Sequence record: NC_048821.1
Length of the DNA: 64,000 nucleotides
Strand: one strand, 5' to 3'
This document shows positions 1 through 9,563 of this stretch, piece after piece. A program made the translations under genes and the position numbers. The number at the start of each line of letters is the position of its first letter. Position 1 is the stretch's first letter. A model generated the notes under the pieces. The model had not been told where the DNA came from. It worked only from the letters and a program-made list of their open reading frames with translations, and ran no database searches.

Positions 1-22
1 CCTAGTTTCACATTCACTGGGA

Positions 23-328
23 GTGTCGTCGGCAATAAGTTGTGAACGCGCAGACAAACAAGATTACTCGGAATCTAAATTGTTTGTAGATTGTACGATT
101 CACTCTCCTCAGTTGGATGGTGAGGGATCCACATTATTAGAAGACGGGTTTGTTAAAGAAATAACAGACGCGTTAGTGGATCAAGATCTGATTCTACCTA
201 ATTGGGAGTCAAAAGCAACTTTAGTATGTCCTACGGCGTTTTCTAAACTACCTGTCAAAGGTGTGAAACTTAAACAGTCTCGTAAAGAGATGTCGCCATT
301 AATGAAGCGCATGATGAAGCGCCTTTAA
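23..328 (+). CDS. hypothetical protein
   Basis: 101-aa ORF co-oriented with downstream genes; no motif recognised; start uncertain. Confidence 0.45.
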   Translation: MSSAISCERADKQDYSESKLFVDCTIHSPQLDGEGSTLLEDGFVKEITDALVDQDLILPNWESKATLVCPTAFSKLPVKGVKLKQSRKEMSPLMKRMMKRL

Positions 329-358
329 TTCATCAACCGATAACAACTGATTTTACCA

Positions 359-781
359 ATGCATCAATTAAGGATTTATACCATGACTATCAAGAAAGAC
401 GGCTCACTAAACCAAATTCGTATCTTCGCACTAGTTCAGCTAAGCAGCTGGATTTATCGTCACCATAAAGTGAAGAGTATCAAAGCGATGGCGGAGGTGG
501 CTGAAGTGAGTCCTTCAACGTTGAGCTCCATTAAGAACGGTAGCGTTAAAAGCATCTCACTTAATCGCATCTTTGCTATTATGGATAACTTGAACATCAA
601 CTACACTTTTCAAATGGTACGTCGTAGAGGGATCACCAGCTATTCGTTCCAGATGGACGTGTATAACGTTCGTAAGTCCGATACAAGAGAACTAGAAGTT
701 AGCTACCAAGAAGAGTACAACCAACTTCGTAGTCACCATCAGTTAAACGAAACTAGTTTCAATAACGTCGTACACCTTTAA
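359..781 (+). CDS. XRE/Cro-C1 family helix-turn-helix protein
   Basis: IKAMAEVAEVSPSTLSSIKNGSVKSISLNRIFAIMDNL fits the XRE HTH pattern; true start may be the internal MTIKK. Confidence 0.7.
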   Translation: MHQLRIYTMTIKKDGSLNQIRIFALVQLSSWIYRHHKVKSIKAMAEVAEVSPSTLSSIKNGSVKSISLNRIFAIMDNLNINYTFQMVRRRGITSYSFQMDVYNVRKSDTRELEVSYQEEYNQLRSHHQLNETSFNNVVHL

Positions 782-790
782 TCCACCTAA

Positions 791-822
791 ATACTCAGGG
801 GTCCTTCGGGGTCCCTGAGTAT
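791..822 (+). terminator. stem-loop with UUCG loop (terminator or mRNA-stabilising stem)
   Basis: ATACTCAGGGGTCC-TTCG-GGGTCCCTGAGTAT pairs fully only with two G-U wobbles; directly after the stop at 781. Confidence 0.6.
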
Positions 823-833
823 AGGAGTTTATT

Positions 834-995
834 ATGTTTTTAAAAGTTAATCCTATCTCACCTTATTTTGGTCATCACTCTAAACCAATCATCCAGAGTC
901 AAACAAAACGCCGTAAAACGAACAGAGACAGCGATAAAGACTTTCAGGCTGTATTGGTCCGAGAATTAAACAAAACGGTAAACAGAGGGCGTTGA
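834..995 (+). CDS. small basic hypothetical protein, 53 aa (not in the ORF track)
   Basis: AGGAG at 823-827, ATG at 834, open frame MFLKVNPISPYF...LNKTVNRGR, TGA at 993-995, next ATG at 997. Confidence 0.6.
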   Translation: MFLKVNPISPYFGHHSKPIIQSQTKRRKTNRDSDKDFQAVLVRELNKTVNRGR

Positions 996-996
996 G

Positions 997-1308
997 ATGC
1001 GTTTATTTAACTGTTTCAAAAAGAAACCCAAAGACTTTCCTTATGAGAATGTCGCAAGACTGTTAATAAGAACCAGTCCAGAAGAAGAACTCACTTTGAG
1101 AGTGACTCGATACAAGGACTTGTATTTCGTTAACGCTTACGATATTTTCCGATGGAGTAATGGGACTTGGTATAATCAGTACGTTGATCAAGCATCGGAC
1201 GAATTCCTGATCTCTGCTCTAAGGTCATTAAAGTGTGAGTTCGTAGTATCTGAATTTAATAACTTAATTCACGGAACTCTATTACTTGATCATTTCGAAT
1301 CTAAGTAA
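997..1308 (+). CDS. hypothetical protein
   Basis: 103-aa ORF coupled to the upstream small ORF. Confidence 0.55.
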   Translation: MRLFNCFKKKPKDFPYENVARLLIRTSPEEELTLRVTRYKDLYFVNAYDIFRWSNGTWYNQYVDQASDEFLISALRSLKCEFVVSEFNNLIHGTLLLDHFESK

Positions 1309-1330
1309 AATATTTTCTTACTGTGAAAGT

Positions 1331-1500
1331 TATCCTAATGGGGGAGGGGGCAAAGACTTGAAAACATCGAAGATAATTTAATTAATATATTAAGTTAAAT
1401 ATACCTTAGAGTATATACGACATTACGAAGTGATGGGAGTATATACGGTGAGTATTACGAAGTAATACGGATAAAGGTTATTTAACGTATACTGCATTAA
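1331..1500. other. structured intergenic element (G-tract, AT palindrome, two GAA-loop hairpins)
   Basis: GGGGAGGGGG 1341-1350; TTAATATATTAA 1382-1393; GAGTATATACG at 1409 and 1437; hairpins at 1421-1435 and 1452-1468. Confidence 0.6.
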
Positions 1501-1545
1501 AGACCGTTAGGTCACGATAACAATTGATAACAAAGAGAATACATT

Positions 1546-2385
1546 ATGACTAAGCTAACTTACACTCAGCGTTTCGCTACTCGTTTTGAAAAGAAAATCA
1601 TGTCTCAACAGCCTGAACTGTTAAAGCTATACCAGCGTATTTGTGGTCACGACTACTGGTATGATTTTTGTGACGCGTTACCGGGCTGGCGTGCAGGTCT
1701 AGAGAGTGAACGAGATATCATTCGACAGTTAGATGAAAATAAAGAACACAAATACTATCCTATCTTGCAATGCCTCTGGAGTAACAAAGGGGATAAGGAA
1801 TCGATCGATAGTGGGAACGTGTTCGAGGAGTGGTTAGAAAAATACCGAGATGAGTCCATGGATATGTATCGTTTCTTAGAGACACTAGATCGTCTTCAAA
1901 TGGATGATGAGAAAATTGCTAGAGCGGTTAGAGCAATGCGTCAAGTAAGTAAGTTCTTGATTGAAGAATCCGAGGTAGAATCTAAAGTCGTTGACTACTT
2001 CCCTAAGTTGGTTTACACGAAACACTTGGGTCCTAAGTCGATCGGTAAGTGTTACGTAGATAAAGTTCAACTTCCTAGAAAACTCCAGCGTTTCACAGAG
2101 GTGATGGTAACACGTGCCGAAATGTATGACTTTGATTGTTTAGGATTACTTACCCCTCATGTCGGTACGTTTGATACGGTCCGTTTTGATCCTGAGTCAG
2201 AGAACGAAGAACACTTGGCTTACATCAAGGGATATCACTTCAAGTCAGTATACATCCTTAAAGGCAAACTACTGGCTAAAATTCGTCGTATTGAACTGCG
2301 TGATCTGAAAGATCTAACCGAGGTGTTAAGAGGAAAGGGATCAGTTCAATCTCTTTACACTCCTAAAGACCTGGAGCGCGTATGA
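1546..2385 (+). CDS. hypothetical protein
   Basis: 279-aa ORF heading a run of overlapping (ATGA-type) co-oriented genes. Confidence 0.7.
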   Translation: MTKLTYTQRFATRFEKKIMSQQPELLKLYQRICGHDYWYDFCDALPGWRAGLESERDIIRQLDENKEHKYYPILQCLWSNKGDKESIDSGNVFEEWLEKYRDESMDMYRFLETLDRLQMDDEKIARAVRAMRQVSKFLIEESEVESKVVDYFPKLVYTKHLGPKSIGKCYVDKVQLPRKLQRFTEVMVTRAEMYDFDCLGLLTPHVGTFDTVRFDPESENEEHLAYIKGYHFKSVYILKGKLLAKIRRIELRDLKDLTEVLRGKGSVQSLYTPKDLERV

Positions 2386-2879
2386 GTGATCTAAGAAACC
2401 ATTACGTTCGAGATTGGCTAACCAACGATGAAGGAGCGCTATGTTGCGCCGAATTCTTTATTAGTGAGTCTTACAAAGGGAGGTTCATTAATGTAGGTTA
2501 CTCCATCAAAAACCGAAATGTCGCCTCCGTATTTTGTATGTTGGATGTTGACAACACACTGAATCAAGAACTCAACCGCCACATCCAACATGTCACCGAA
2601 CTCATTGGTGTACTAGATAAAGTTCATGAGTTCATCACCACTTCGAGTAGTGAAGGGAGTCGACAACGATCTTGGGCGGTCCCACATCGAGATATCCACG
2701 ATCAAGTGACTATTTCTATCCAACACCATTTTAAGAACTCTTTTAAAATGATCATACAAATAGGGACTTCTACCACGTATTTTTCTATGGAAGATGAAGA
2801 GATGGTGGATGTACTTTTAACATTGACAGACTTGGCGAAACAACATAACAAGGCATTGGGTAAATTGGTGGCGTCATGA
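2382..2879 (+). CDS. hypothetical protein (probable paralog of 2876..3382)
   Basis: 165 aa, ATGA overlap, similar length and sequence pattern to the next ORF. Confidence 0.65.
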   Translation: MSDLRNHYVRDWLTNDEGALCCAEFFISESYKGRFINVGYSIKNRNVASVFCMLDVDNTLNQELNRHIQHVTELIGVLDKVHEFITTSSSEGSRQRSWAVPHRDIHDQVTISIQHHFKNSFKMIIQIGTSTTYFSMEDEEMVDVLLTLTDLAKQHNKALGKLVAS

Positions 2880-3382
2880 AAAAGATCGGAAGAAGAGAGT
2901 TCTTGAGCGACAAAGGGTTGAGTATGGTCGCCTACAGTTGTTCGGTCAATGACAACAATTTGTTGAAGATGTATTTTACCATCTATCTAAATAAAACGGA
3001 CGTCACTTTACATCGTGAAGTGTCATTGAAAGAATACCCGCTTCGAGAACTCAACATCGAGTCGGCGTTCAACAAAATAGAGCGCCTCATCAAAACTTTA
3101 CAGGAGTACGTAAAACACTTACAAGACGGTGGAGTTGTAAATGATCACCGCCCGGTCGGGTTATTAGTTGAACCTGATACCGGAGACTACGTAGGAGAAA
3201 CCAGTACAGTTCATTTATGGGCTAATGGGGAACAGGTCGTTTTTAGCTTAACTAGTTGTGAAAAGAAACTAAGGACTACCTTGGATCGAGAACCTACGAT
3301 AGAACTACTGACAACACTCATCGGACACTTATGGTGTCACTTAAACGATGCGAAAACGATAACACAGAATGCACTAAAATAA
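2876..3382 (+). CDS. hypothetical protein (probable paralog of 2382..2879)
   Basis: 168 aa, ATGA overlap. Confidence 0.65.
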   Translation: MKKIGRREFLSDKGLSMVAYSCSVNDNNLLKMYFTIYLNKTDVTLHREVSLKEYPLRELNIESAFNKIERLIKTLQEYVKHLQDGGVVNDHRPVGLLVEPDTGDYVGETSTVHLWANGEQVVFSLTSCEKKLRTTLDREPTIELLTTLIGHLWCHLNDAKTITQNALK

Positions 3383-3396
3383 ACAAGGATTCCACC

Positions 3397-3801
3397 ATGA
3401 CTAAATATCGCACTCTCATAGACCATTACCGAGGCGTGTTAGGTTTAAGTCAAAAACTTAAACCTGTTGACATTAACCGCACCTCCCTCCACATCACCAA
3501 CTTGGGCATCAAAGACCAAGAGACGAAAGCGTTGTTTACCGTCGCTTATTTCCACCTCAAAATTCACACCCGTTTCGATGACAGAAAATCTCAAGTCACC
3601 GCATACACTTTATCCGAAGGCGTGCGATTATTGGGAGCGGGTTACGACAAAGAAACCGTCACAATGGAAATGATCGCTATGCCGAGTAAGTTCTACGACA
3701 ATGAAGAGATCATCGTCAACGTAGCGGATGTGGCATTAGACTACCTGGAACGCATGATAGGTTCTGTGGAAGAAGCATTAAAAGAGCGAGTCATGGCATG
3801 A
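3397..3801 (+). CDS. hypothetical protein
   Basis: ORF track 3331..3801; AAGGA before ATG 3397 favours the MTKYRTL start. Confidence 0.6.
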   Translation: MTKYRTLIDHYRGVLGLSQKLKPVDINRTSLHITNLGIKDQETKALFTVAYFHLKIHTRFDDRKSQVTAYTLSEGVRLLGAGYDKETVTMEMIAMPSKFYDNEEIIVNVADVALDYLERMIGSVEEALKERVMA

Positions 3802-4247
3802 AGATCTTGAATAAGACTTATCTGTACTTCGTTAGTTTGTTTTACAATATCTTCTATCGTATCAACCCAGAACAAGAAGTGTTTGTTGGTTATCTAACTC
3901 ACTATCTCTCTAGACTTGGTTTTGACAATGTCCACTTGTTTTTAAACAACGAACGAGTCCAGCGTCAAACCGAGTTTTTAAACTACCATAACTATAAACA
4001 GAATTACCAGGGAGCTGTGTTCATTGCTGGATGTTGTTATGCCGAGTTTAACCTCGGTTTTAAACACCATCATCAGTGCTTGGCATTTGGTCAAACGTTG
4101 TCGGACGTTTTTAAACATCGTCATCAATTTGAAGAAAAGCCAAGGAGCGTGGTGATTGCCGAATCCTTAGAGCGAATGGGGGTAACTGAAACCGTTGAAC
4201 TCTCAAGAGCACTCAATAAGGCTATCGACAAAATCTTAACTTACTGA
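3798..4247 (+). CDS. hypothetical protein
   Basis: 149 aa, ATGA overlap. Confidence 0.6.
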   Translation: MKILNKTYLYFVSLFYNIFYRINPEQEVFVGYLTHYLSRLGFDNVHLFLNNERVQRQTEFLNYHNYKQNYQGAVFIAGCCYAEFNLGFKHHHQCLAFGQTLSDVFKHRHQFEEKPRSVVIAESLERMGVTETVELSRALNKAIDKILTY

Positions 4248-4259
4248 ACAGGAACTATT

Positions 4260-4592
4260 ATGCTGAAGGAAATCATTCAAGCTTTCTCTGACAAAATGGA
4301 AGAGAACGGACCTATTGATCCGAACCAACACCAAGACGACACTATCCTTGTTTTAGGACTTCAGACCACATTACCGCACGAGTGCTTACACCCCAACGGC
4401 CATTTCCTTAACTTGATGGCTTGTGCGTTATCTGGACAACTGCTTGCTCTCAAAGCACTTACTAAGAGTGAAACCAATATCCTCAACGTTCTGCATTACA
4501 TCGACTACTTGCACGAGACAACGCTTTACGGATACGTGGATGTATCTGAGATAGAAGAGTTGAAAGATCAAATCATCTCGGTTACTTTTTAA
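4260..4592 (+). CDS. hypothetical protein
   Basis: 110 aa, AGGA RBS upstream. Confidence 0.6.
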   Translation: MLKEIIQAFSDKMEENGPIDPNQHQDDTILVLGLQTTLPHECLHPNGHFLNLMACALSGQLLALKALTKSETNILNVLHYIDYLHETTLYGYVDVSEIEELKDQIISVTF

Positions 4593-4602
4593 CATTTAAA
4601 AT

Positions 4603-4633
4603 AACTTACACCCATATTACTTGGGTGTAAGTT
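4603..4633 (+). terminator. 12-bp perfect hairpin overlapping an early-promoter-like motif
   Basis: AACTTACACCCA-TATTACT-TGGGTGTAAGTT. Confidence 0.55.
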
Positions 4634-4672
4634 CACTCTTAATATTTAATAAACCTTTATAGAGGAAACATC

Positions 4673-4861
4673 ATGAAAGACGTTAACCACCTACTAGCTG
4701 CGCTTGACATCAACCTTAACTTCAATCTACCTGAAACTAATGTCCAAGAGATCATGTGCAAAGTTTGTCCTAACCTAGCCTTACAGCTACTTAAGAAAAG
4801 AAATGAAATTCTTAAAGAGTCTCTGCAACTACACTGTATCTTTAGAGTTGGAAATGGTTGA
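4673..4861 (+). CDS. small hypothetical protein
   Basis: 62 aa, GAGGAAA RBS; stop overlaps ATG 4854 of the next gene. Confidence 0.55.
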   Translation: MKDVNHLLAALDINLNFNLPETNVQEIMCKVCPNLALQLLKKRNEILKESLQLHCIFRVGNG

Positions 4862-6536
4862 CGCACTTAACTTGTTGCAAAACAGTACCGGCTTCTTCAA
4901 TAGAAATTTCAACCACAACATCATCTCTGCACCACTTGCGTTTGGCGAGACTTACTACAACAAGTGTGTTCGTACTTTATCCACTTTAACCCAGGTACCA
5001 CCGCCGGTATCAGAAACCTTCATGCATTGGTTGGTGTTAGGTGAAACAGTTAACAAAACGTTGCCGAGCAACGTCTACTCTAATTTTGAGTATGCATGTT
5101 CATCCATTGGGTTAGGGGAAAGTTTCAAAGCTGTCTTCACTCCTGATGTTACTAATTCATCATTTGATGCGAAGAAAATTACAGCACTTGACCTCACTAA
5201 TTGTCTCAATCAAACGTCAGTGAGTCATGGTTCCGTGCAAGCTGCTCAATTAGCTGAATTTGGAATGAGAGTCACGAACTTAATAAGTGCCCCAATTCCA
5301 TTTGGGACTCGTGCTTTGGACTTAAGTGATCCAACACCGTTGTACGAATTGGTTCTAAAGCATCTAGGTAAATTAAGTGGAGTTAAGTACGAACCTAAGT
5401 TGATTAGTTTAACCAACTTATTGTTGCTTGGCGAAATACCTAAAGAACCTATCCTCCTAGAACCGAAAAATTACCAAAAGTTACTTTCTAATTTTGGTGC
5501 GCAGTATTCGAACATGGAGACTTACGCTTTAATCCAAACCTACGTAAGACCGGCTAGTACTTCTCCAAACATCGCTCAGCTATTAGGATGTGCGGGAACG
5601 TCAAATAGACCGTCGTTCTGTTTGCAAAGTATAGAACATGCTTTCAACACAGTTGCGGAGGAAAAGTTCTCTCGTAAGGAAGCAAGACTGTTGTCAAGAC
5701 TTTACTCCGACTTCCACACTCGTGAACCAGAGTACATCGTTACTCATTACGAATTGGAAGATTTCATGAAGCTAGACTGTTACATCCGTTCTCTGCTCCA
5801 AAAATACCACGGTACATTTGGTGGTGTGTTGAAAGGGGTGACTGCTTGGCACGAGATTCGTGGGAAGTTAAACGAAAAGGCTGATATGGAAATGAAAGAG
5901 AAAACCGATACACCTTTAGCTAAGTTGATGACCAAGTCTCGCTTACAAGCAGAGGCAGTCATCGCCGAAACAACACCTTTCTTATTTGAAGATCGTCAAC
6001 TTACTTCAGAAGAAATTAATGAAGTTCTTAGTCAAGCGGAACACGAGACTTATCTCCTAGCATTGTTAGCGTTAGAAAACCAAATCGACTTAGAAGGTGT
6101 TTTTGATAACCCTGATGAAATCACATCTCTAACCGTTAATAAAACTCAGTCATCGCAAACCTCCCTACCGGAACCGGAAATAACGGACACACCGCTTCAA
6201 ATCAAATTGGAAAAACCTTCCGATGAAGTAAAGGTTGTGAAGTATGTTTTGGACCGACTAAACGATAAACTCAAATATCAAGGGGGTGATCTGGATAATG
6301 TGCTCCAACAGTACTTCGCAACTCGTCCGGTCTCCATCGATACGGTTATTCGTTGTTTGGCCCTGCTTCCTAAATCCGTTGACACCTCAGGGTTAAGTGA
6401 GGAGATCAAAACCACTTACGAAGGACTGATCGCAGGTAAAGGTACAATGCAAATAGAAAGCTTCCCATCCCTGGGTCAATCTATTGCAGAAGCTATTTAC
6501 TTAGCGTTAAACCCTTTGGAATTTGCTGGATGGTAA
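4854..6536 (+). CDS. large hypothetical protein
   Basis: ORF track 4803..6536; ATG 4854 overlapping the upstream TGA is the likelier start; no motif recognised. Confidence 0.7.
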   Translation: MVDALNLLQNSTGFFNRNFNHNIISAPLAFGETYYNKCVRTLSTLTQVPPPVSETFMHWLVLGETVNKTLPSNVYSNFEYACSSIGLGESFKAVFTPDVTNSSFDAKKITALDLTNCLNQTSVSHGSVQAAQLAEFGMRVTNLISAPIPFGTRALDLSDPTPLYELVLKHLGKLSGVKYEPKLISLTNLLLLGEIPKEPILLEPKNYQKLLSNFGAQYSNMETYALIQTYVRPASTSPNIAQLLGCAGTSNRPSFCLQSIEHAFNTVAEEKFSRKEARLLSRLYSDFHTREPEYIVTHYELEDFMKLDCYIRSLLQKYHGTFGGVLKGVTAWHEIRGKLNEKADMEMKEKTDTPLAKLMTKSRLQAEAVIAETTPFLFEDRQLTSEEINEVLSQAEHETYLLALLALENQIDLEGVFDNPDEITSLTVNKTQSSQTSLPEPEITDTPLQIKLEKPSDEVKVVKYVLDRLNDKLKYQGGDLDNVLQQYFATRPVSIDTVIRCLALLPKSVDTSGLSEEIKTTYEGLIAGKGTMQIESFPSLGQSIAEAIYLALNPLEFAGW

Positions 6537-6885
6537 GATGTCTCTTGTAGATGAAATACAATCTCCCTTCTTTAGGGAGTTGTGTCAATACCTTAACCAA
6601 CTCACTTACACGTTGGATGATTTTGAAGATCCTTATCTTTATCAAAACCTCCAACAAGAATTAACGCGTGAACTCTTTCGTATATTGAAACCACACGTTA
6701 TATCTCGTCCAGACATTCGGGAGAAATACCGGCAAGCTGATTTAAGGGTACATCTCTTCCTAACGCCCCATGAGGTTCGCTACTGCGTAAAACCAGTAGT
6801 AGTTGACCTAGCGTGGGACTTAATGGAAGAAACCTTACCAGAGCCCGTAGAGAACCCGATGCCGTCGGACAAACTACCATTTTAA
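6523..6885 (+). CDS. hypothetical protein
   Basis: 120-aa ORF overlapping the end of the previous gene. Confidence 0.55.
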   Translation: MLDGKMSLVDEIQSPFFRELCQYLNQLTYTLDDFEDPYLYQNLQQELTRELFRILKPHVISRPDIREKYRQADLRVHLFLTPHEVRYCVKPVVVDLAWDLMEETLPEPVENPMPSDKLPF

Positions 6886-6898
6886 CATTTAACTAAAA

Positions 6899-6928
6899 AC
6901 ACTACCTGGTCGTAAGACTGGGTAGTGT
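6899..6928 (+). terminator. stem-loop with GUAA (GNRA) tetraloop
   Basis: ACACTACCTGGTC-GTAA-GACTGGGTAGTGT with two G-U pairs. Confidence 0.55.
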
Positions 6929-6946
6929 AATTATAAGGAGGGTAAT

Positions 6947-7252
6947 TTGAACGTACCTGCTGTCTTAGGTGCTATGTTTGGTACCGCTATTACTGGGGCT
7001 ACAACAGAAGACCTGAAAATGACTTTACTAGGTGCGGCTACGGGAGCAATCACCGTGGGTATATTGGACTCTACTCGTGATGAAGACAAACCTTCATTAG
7101 GGACTAGAGATTTTTGTACATCAGCATGTGCTTCTATTTGGCCTGTGCTGATCTACGAAAAACCTCAGGAATATATTCCTTACTACTTTGAAGAAGATGA
7201 ACAATTTACGGGTGACGATATCTTAGATATGCCATTAACATTTGATCATTAG
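6947..7252 (+). CDS. glycine-zipper membrane protein
   Basis: AAGGAGG RBS, TTG start; VLGAMFGTAITGA and LLGAATGAITVG GxxxG-type hydrophobic helices; acidic C-terminus. Confidence 0.6.
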   Translation: MNVPAVLGAMFGTAITGATTEDLKMTLLGAATGAITVGILDSTRDEDKPSLGTRDFCTSACASIWPVLIYEKPQEYIPYYFEEDEQFTGDDILDMPLTFDH

Positions 7253-7258
7253 CAATTA

Positions 7259-7292
7259 TAACTCCTACCTCCCATTTGGGAGGTAGGAGTTA
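7259..7292. terminator. bidirectional hairpin terminator (conserved family)
   Basis: TAACTCCTACCTCCC-ATTT-GGGAGGTAGGAGTTA, perfect 15-bp stem between convergent genes. Confidence 0.8.
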
Positions 7293-7313
7293 CTCACTCA
7301 TTTATTTTTTTTG

Positions 7314-8852
7314 TTATGCATCGAAATCGTCGAACTCATTACCGTCATCATCGAGTTGGACTTTAAACGAACGGCGACACTGGTTCTTACCATTTATGTC
7401 ATGAACTAAGCCTTTGGTCGGGTCGAGGTCATAAATGCCGAAGCGATCACTCATTGGAGAACCTTCACCACCTCGCGCTTTACCTAAGGACCATGTGAAG
7501 TACGCTCTATCTCCACCCGGTTTAGCAACGTGGAATGTGAACTCGTAATCTACTTCGTTGGTAATCTTCGTAGAAGTCTCGGTCATGGATTTGCCACCGA
7601 CTTCACGGGCGAAGTAAAGTTCAGATTCATCATCTGCTTCACGGAGATGTTTCTTTGCTTCTGGTGATAACTGGTGGGGAGTCACAAAAGCGATACCCCG
7701 GTTTACCATAAAGGCACGAGTCCGACGATATAAGTCTTGTAACTTATCGCCTTTAGTTTCACCCGTCATCCCCTTTAAGTCAGCCATCGCCAAATAGTCG
7801 TAAGCATAGAAAATGATCTCATGACCTTTCATCTCTAACTTACGGATACGGTCTGTGATGTTGTAGTAGTTATCTTCCGTTGGGTTAACACGGTTGATTT
7901 TCAACACCCAACCGTTCTCAGCAAAAGCGTCGATGATAACTTTAGCGATATCCGCAGCCGGTGTAGAAGTGAAGTCCCCAACTTCACCAGTCTTGTTTAC
8001 CATGATCAGTTTGTAGATACGTTCAATGATAACGTCCAACGCATCTTCTGCTGAATCCAATAATACGGTCGGTATACGACTTCGGTCACGCAACATCGGT
8101 TTGTTGTATAAACCAACAGACGCCACTACATGACCTAGACCAAATGACTTACCACGGTTAGTCAGGGCGTTAATCAAGTAGAACTTACCACGACGTAATC
8201 CACAGTCCGGATACAACGCACGGTTCATACCTTGCAAGCCTAATTTAAGTACACCCTCTGCGGAGGATTCTTCTTTGGCTCGTTCAATGATTTTAGTGAA
8301 AGAGTCTGGGTCATCAGTATCAACGGACTCCACCAGTGAAGGGTCTTTATCCCCTAACATCTTTTGAGTCAATTGATCTTCAATCATGTCGGCTAATGCT
8401 GCCCACTTCTCTTTGGTCATCTTAGATGGATCACCGAAGAAAGGTTCTTTGATTGCTTCTTTAAAATCCAGACCAAACTTTTCGTCTGCTCGTGCTTTAC
8501 GGATTTCTTTGATGTGCTGGTAGATGACCTGTCGGGTGCGTTCTTCTGATGGGTAATCTTCCAGACCGTATTCGATACTGGATTTTAATTCTGGAGCTTC
8601 TTTAGAGAAATCAAGCACACGCTGCATTAAGTTTGATTTTATGACCGGTTCGTCTTTTGGCTGGTCCAGAACCCACTTAATGGTGTCCCTGATTGAAACC
8701 TCTATCTTTTTGTCTTGGGTAAAAACGTCGCCCTTTGCTTCTGGTATGAGCGCCAAGGTATCGAGTAATTCTTGTGTCAAAGATTCGTCGGTCAGCTTAC
8801 TCGCTTGATAGAGAGACGTTAGTATCTTGACTAATTGTAACAGCGGACTCAT
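7314..8852 (-). CDS. DnaB-like (SF4) replicative helicase, phiKZ gp118-like
   Basis: Walker A variant ALTNRGKS, DYLAMAD Walker B-like, TPHQLS, KARGG; sits divergent from the capsid block as in phiKZ-like phages. Confidence 0.85.
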   Translation of the reverse strand: MSPLLQLVKILTSLYQASKLTDESLTQELLDTLALIPEAKGDVFTQDKKIEVSIRDTIKWVLDQPKDEPVIKSNLMQRVLDFSKEAPELKSSIEYGLEDYPSEERTRQVIYQHIKEIRKARADEKFGLDFKEAIKEPFFGDPSKMTKEKWAALADMIEDQLTQKMLGDKDPSLVESVDTDDPDSFTKIIERAKEESSAEGVLKLGLQGMNRALYPDCGLRRGKFYLINALTNRGKSFGLGHVVASVGLYNKPMLRDRSRIPTVLLDSAEDALDVIIERIYKLIMVNKTGEVGDFTSTPAADIAKVIIDAFAENGWVLKINRVNPTEDNYYNITDRIRKLEMKGHEIIFYAYDYLAMADLKGMTGETKGDKLQDLYRRTRAFMVNRGIAFVTPHQLSPEAKKHLREADDESELYFAREVGGKSMTETSTKITNEVDYEFTFHVAKPGGDRAYFTWSLGKARGGEGSPMSDRFGIYDLDPTKGLVHDINGKNQCRRSFKVQLDDDGNEFDDFDA

Positions 8853-8891
8853 AAATGCTCCAATTTAATGTATATCTTTAAAGGTTAAAGG

Positions 8892-9464
8892 TTGAATATG
8901 AAATTTGTGAATAGTGGTCTGTCCGCACCTAAAAAGGTTTGGGTGTTAACCGACCAACAGTTACTAAGTTTAGATGCAGCAGGTATAGGATTTGACCGTT
9001 TGTCAGAACTTCCTACTTTACTTGATAAGTTGCCTGAGCAAGATGTTATCGACATTGCATTAACTCAATACCGAGTCGGTTTGAAGTTTGGTGTGGACGT
9101 TGGAAACGTGTTCGAACAATTTAATGATGACTATAAAGATATCCTGCTCAGTAAAATTAAAACCGAACAGAAACGTCTTTCTAAGGTACAACATCTTACG
9201 GAATTGAAGAACTACAGTAAATTCTATGTACATAACACTAATGAATTATTGGTGTTGGTCATCACAGACGCTGAAGTGTCTATGAATTATATTAGTGGAC
9301 TATGTGCTTCGTTCACTGAGCTACATGTGCAGTCGTTTACCGAAAGCATGTTGAAAGCATTGTATCAAACTTACGGTTACACCTACCTTCATCATAAAGA
9401 GTGTTGCCGCAATTTGATAGATGGAGAGTTCAACTTGGCTAAGGTTTACCAAGCATTGGTCTAG
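8892..9464 (+). CDS. hypothetical protein between helicase and capsid gene
   Basis: 190 aa; occupies the phiKZ gp119 position (synteny only). Confidence 0.65.
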   Translation: MNMKFVNSGLSAPKKVWVLTDQQLLSLDAAGIGFDRLSELPTLLDKLPEQDVIDIALTQYRVGLKFGVDVGNVFEQFNDDYKDILLSKIKTEQKRLSKVQHLTELKNYSKFYVHNTNELLVLVITDAEVSMNYISGLCASFTELHVQSFTESMLKALYQTYGYTYLHHKECCRNLIDGEFNLAKVYQALV

Positions 9465-9563
9465 TGTGTTGTAACATTCTATGTGCAACAGAAAAGCACA
9501 AACAAATATTTGTTTATGTTTATCATTAAAATTAATACATTTTTTCGATAAAGGAAAAGAGTA

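Noticed and set aside
997-1308. KilA-N/Bro-N DNA-binding domain (YFVNAYDIF)
   Set aside because: Only one short motif matches; too weak without an HMM search.
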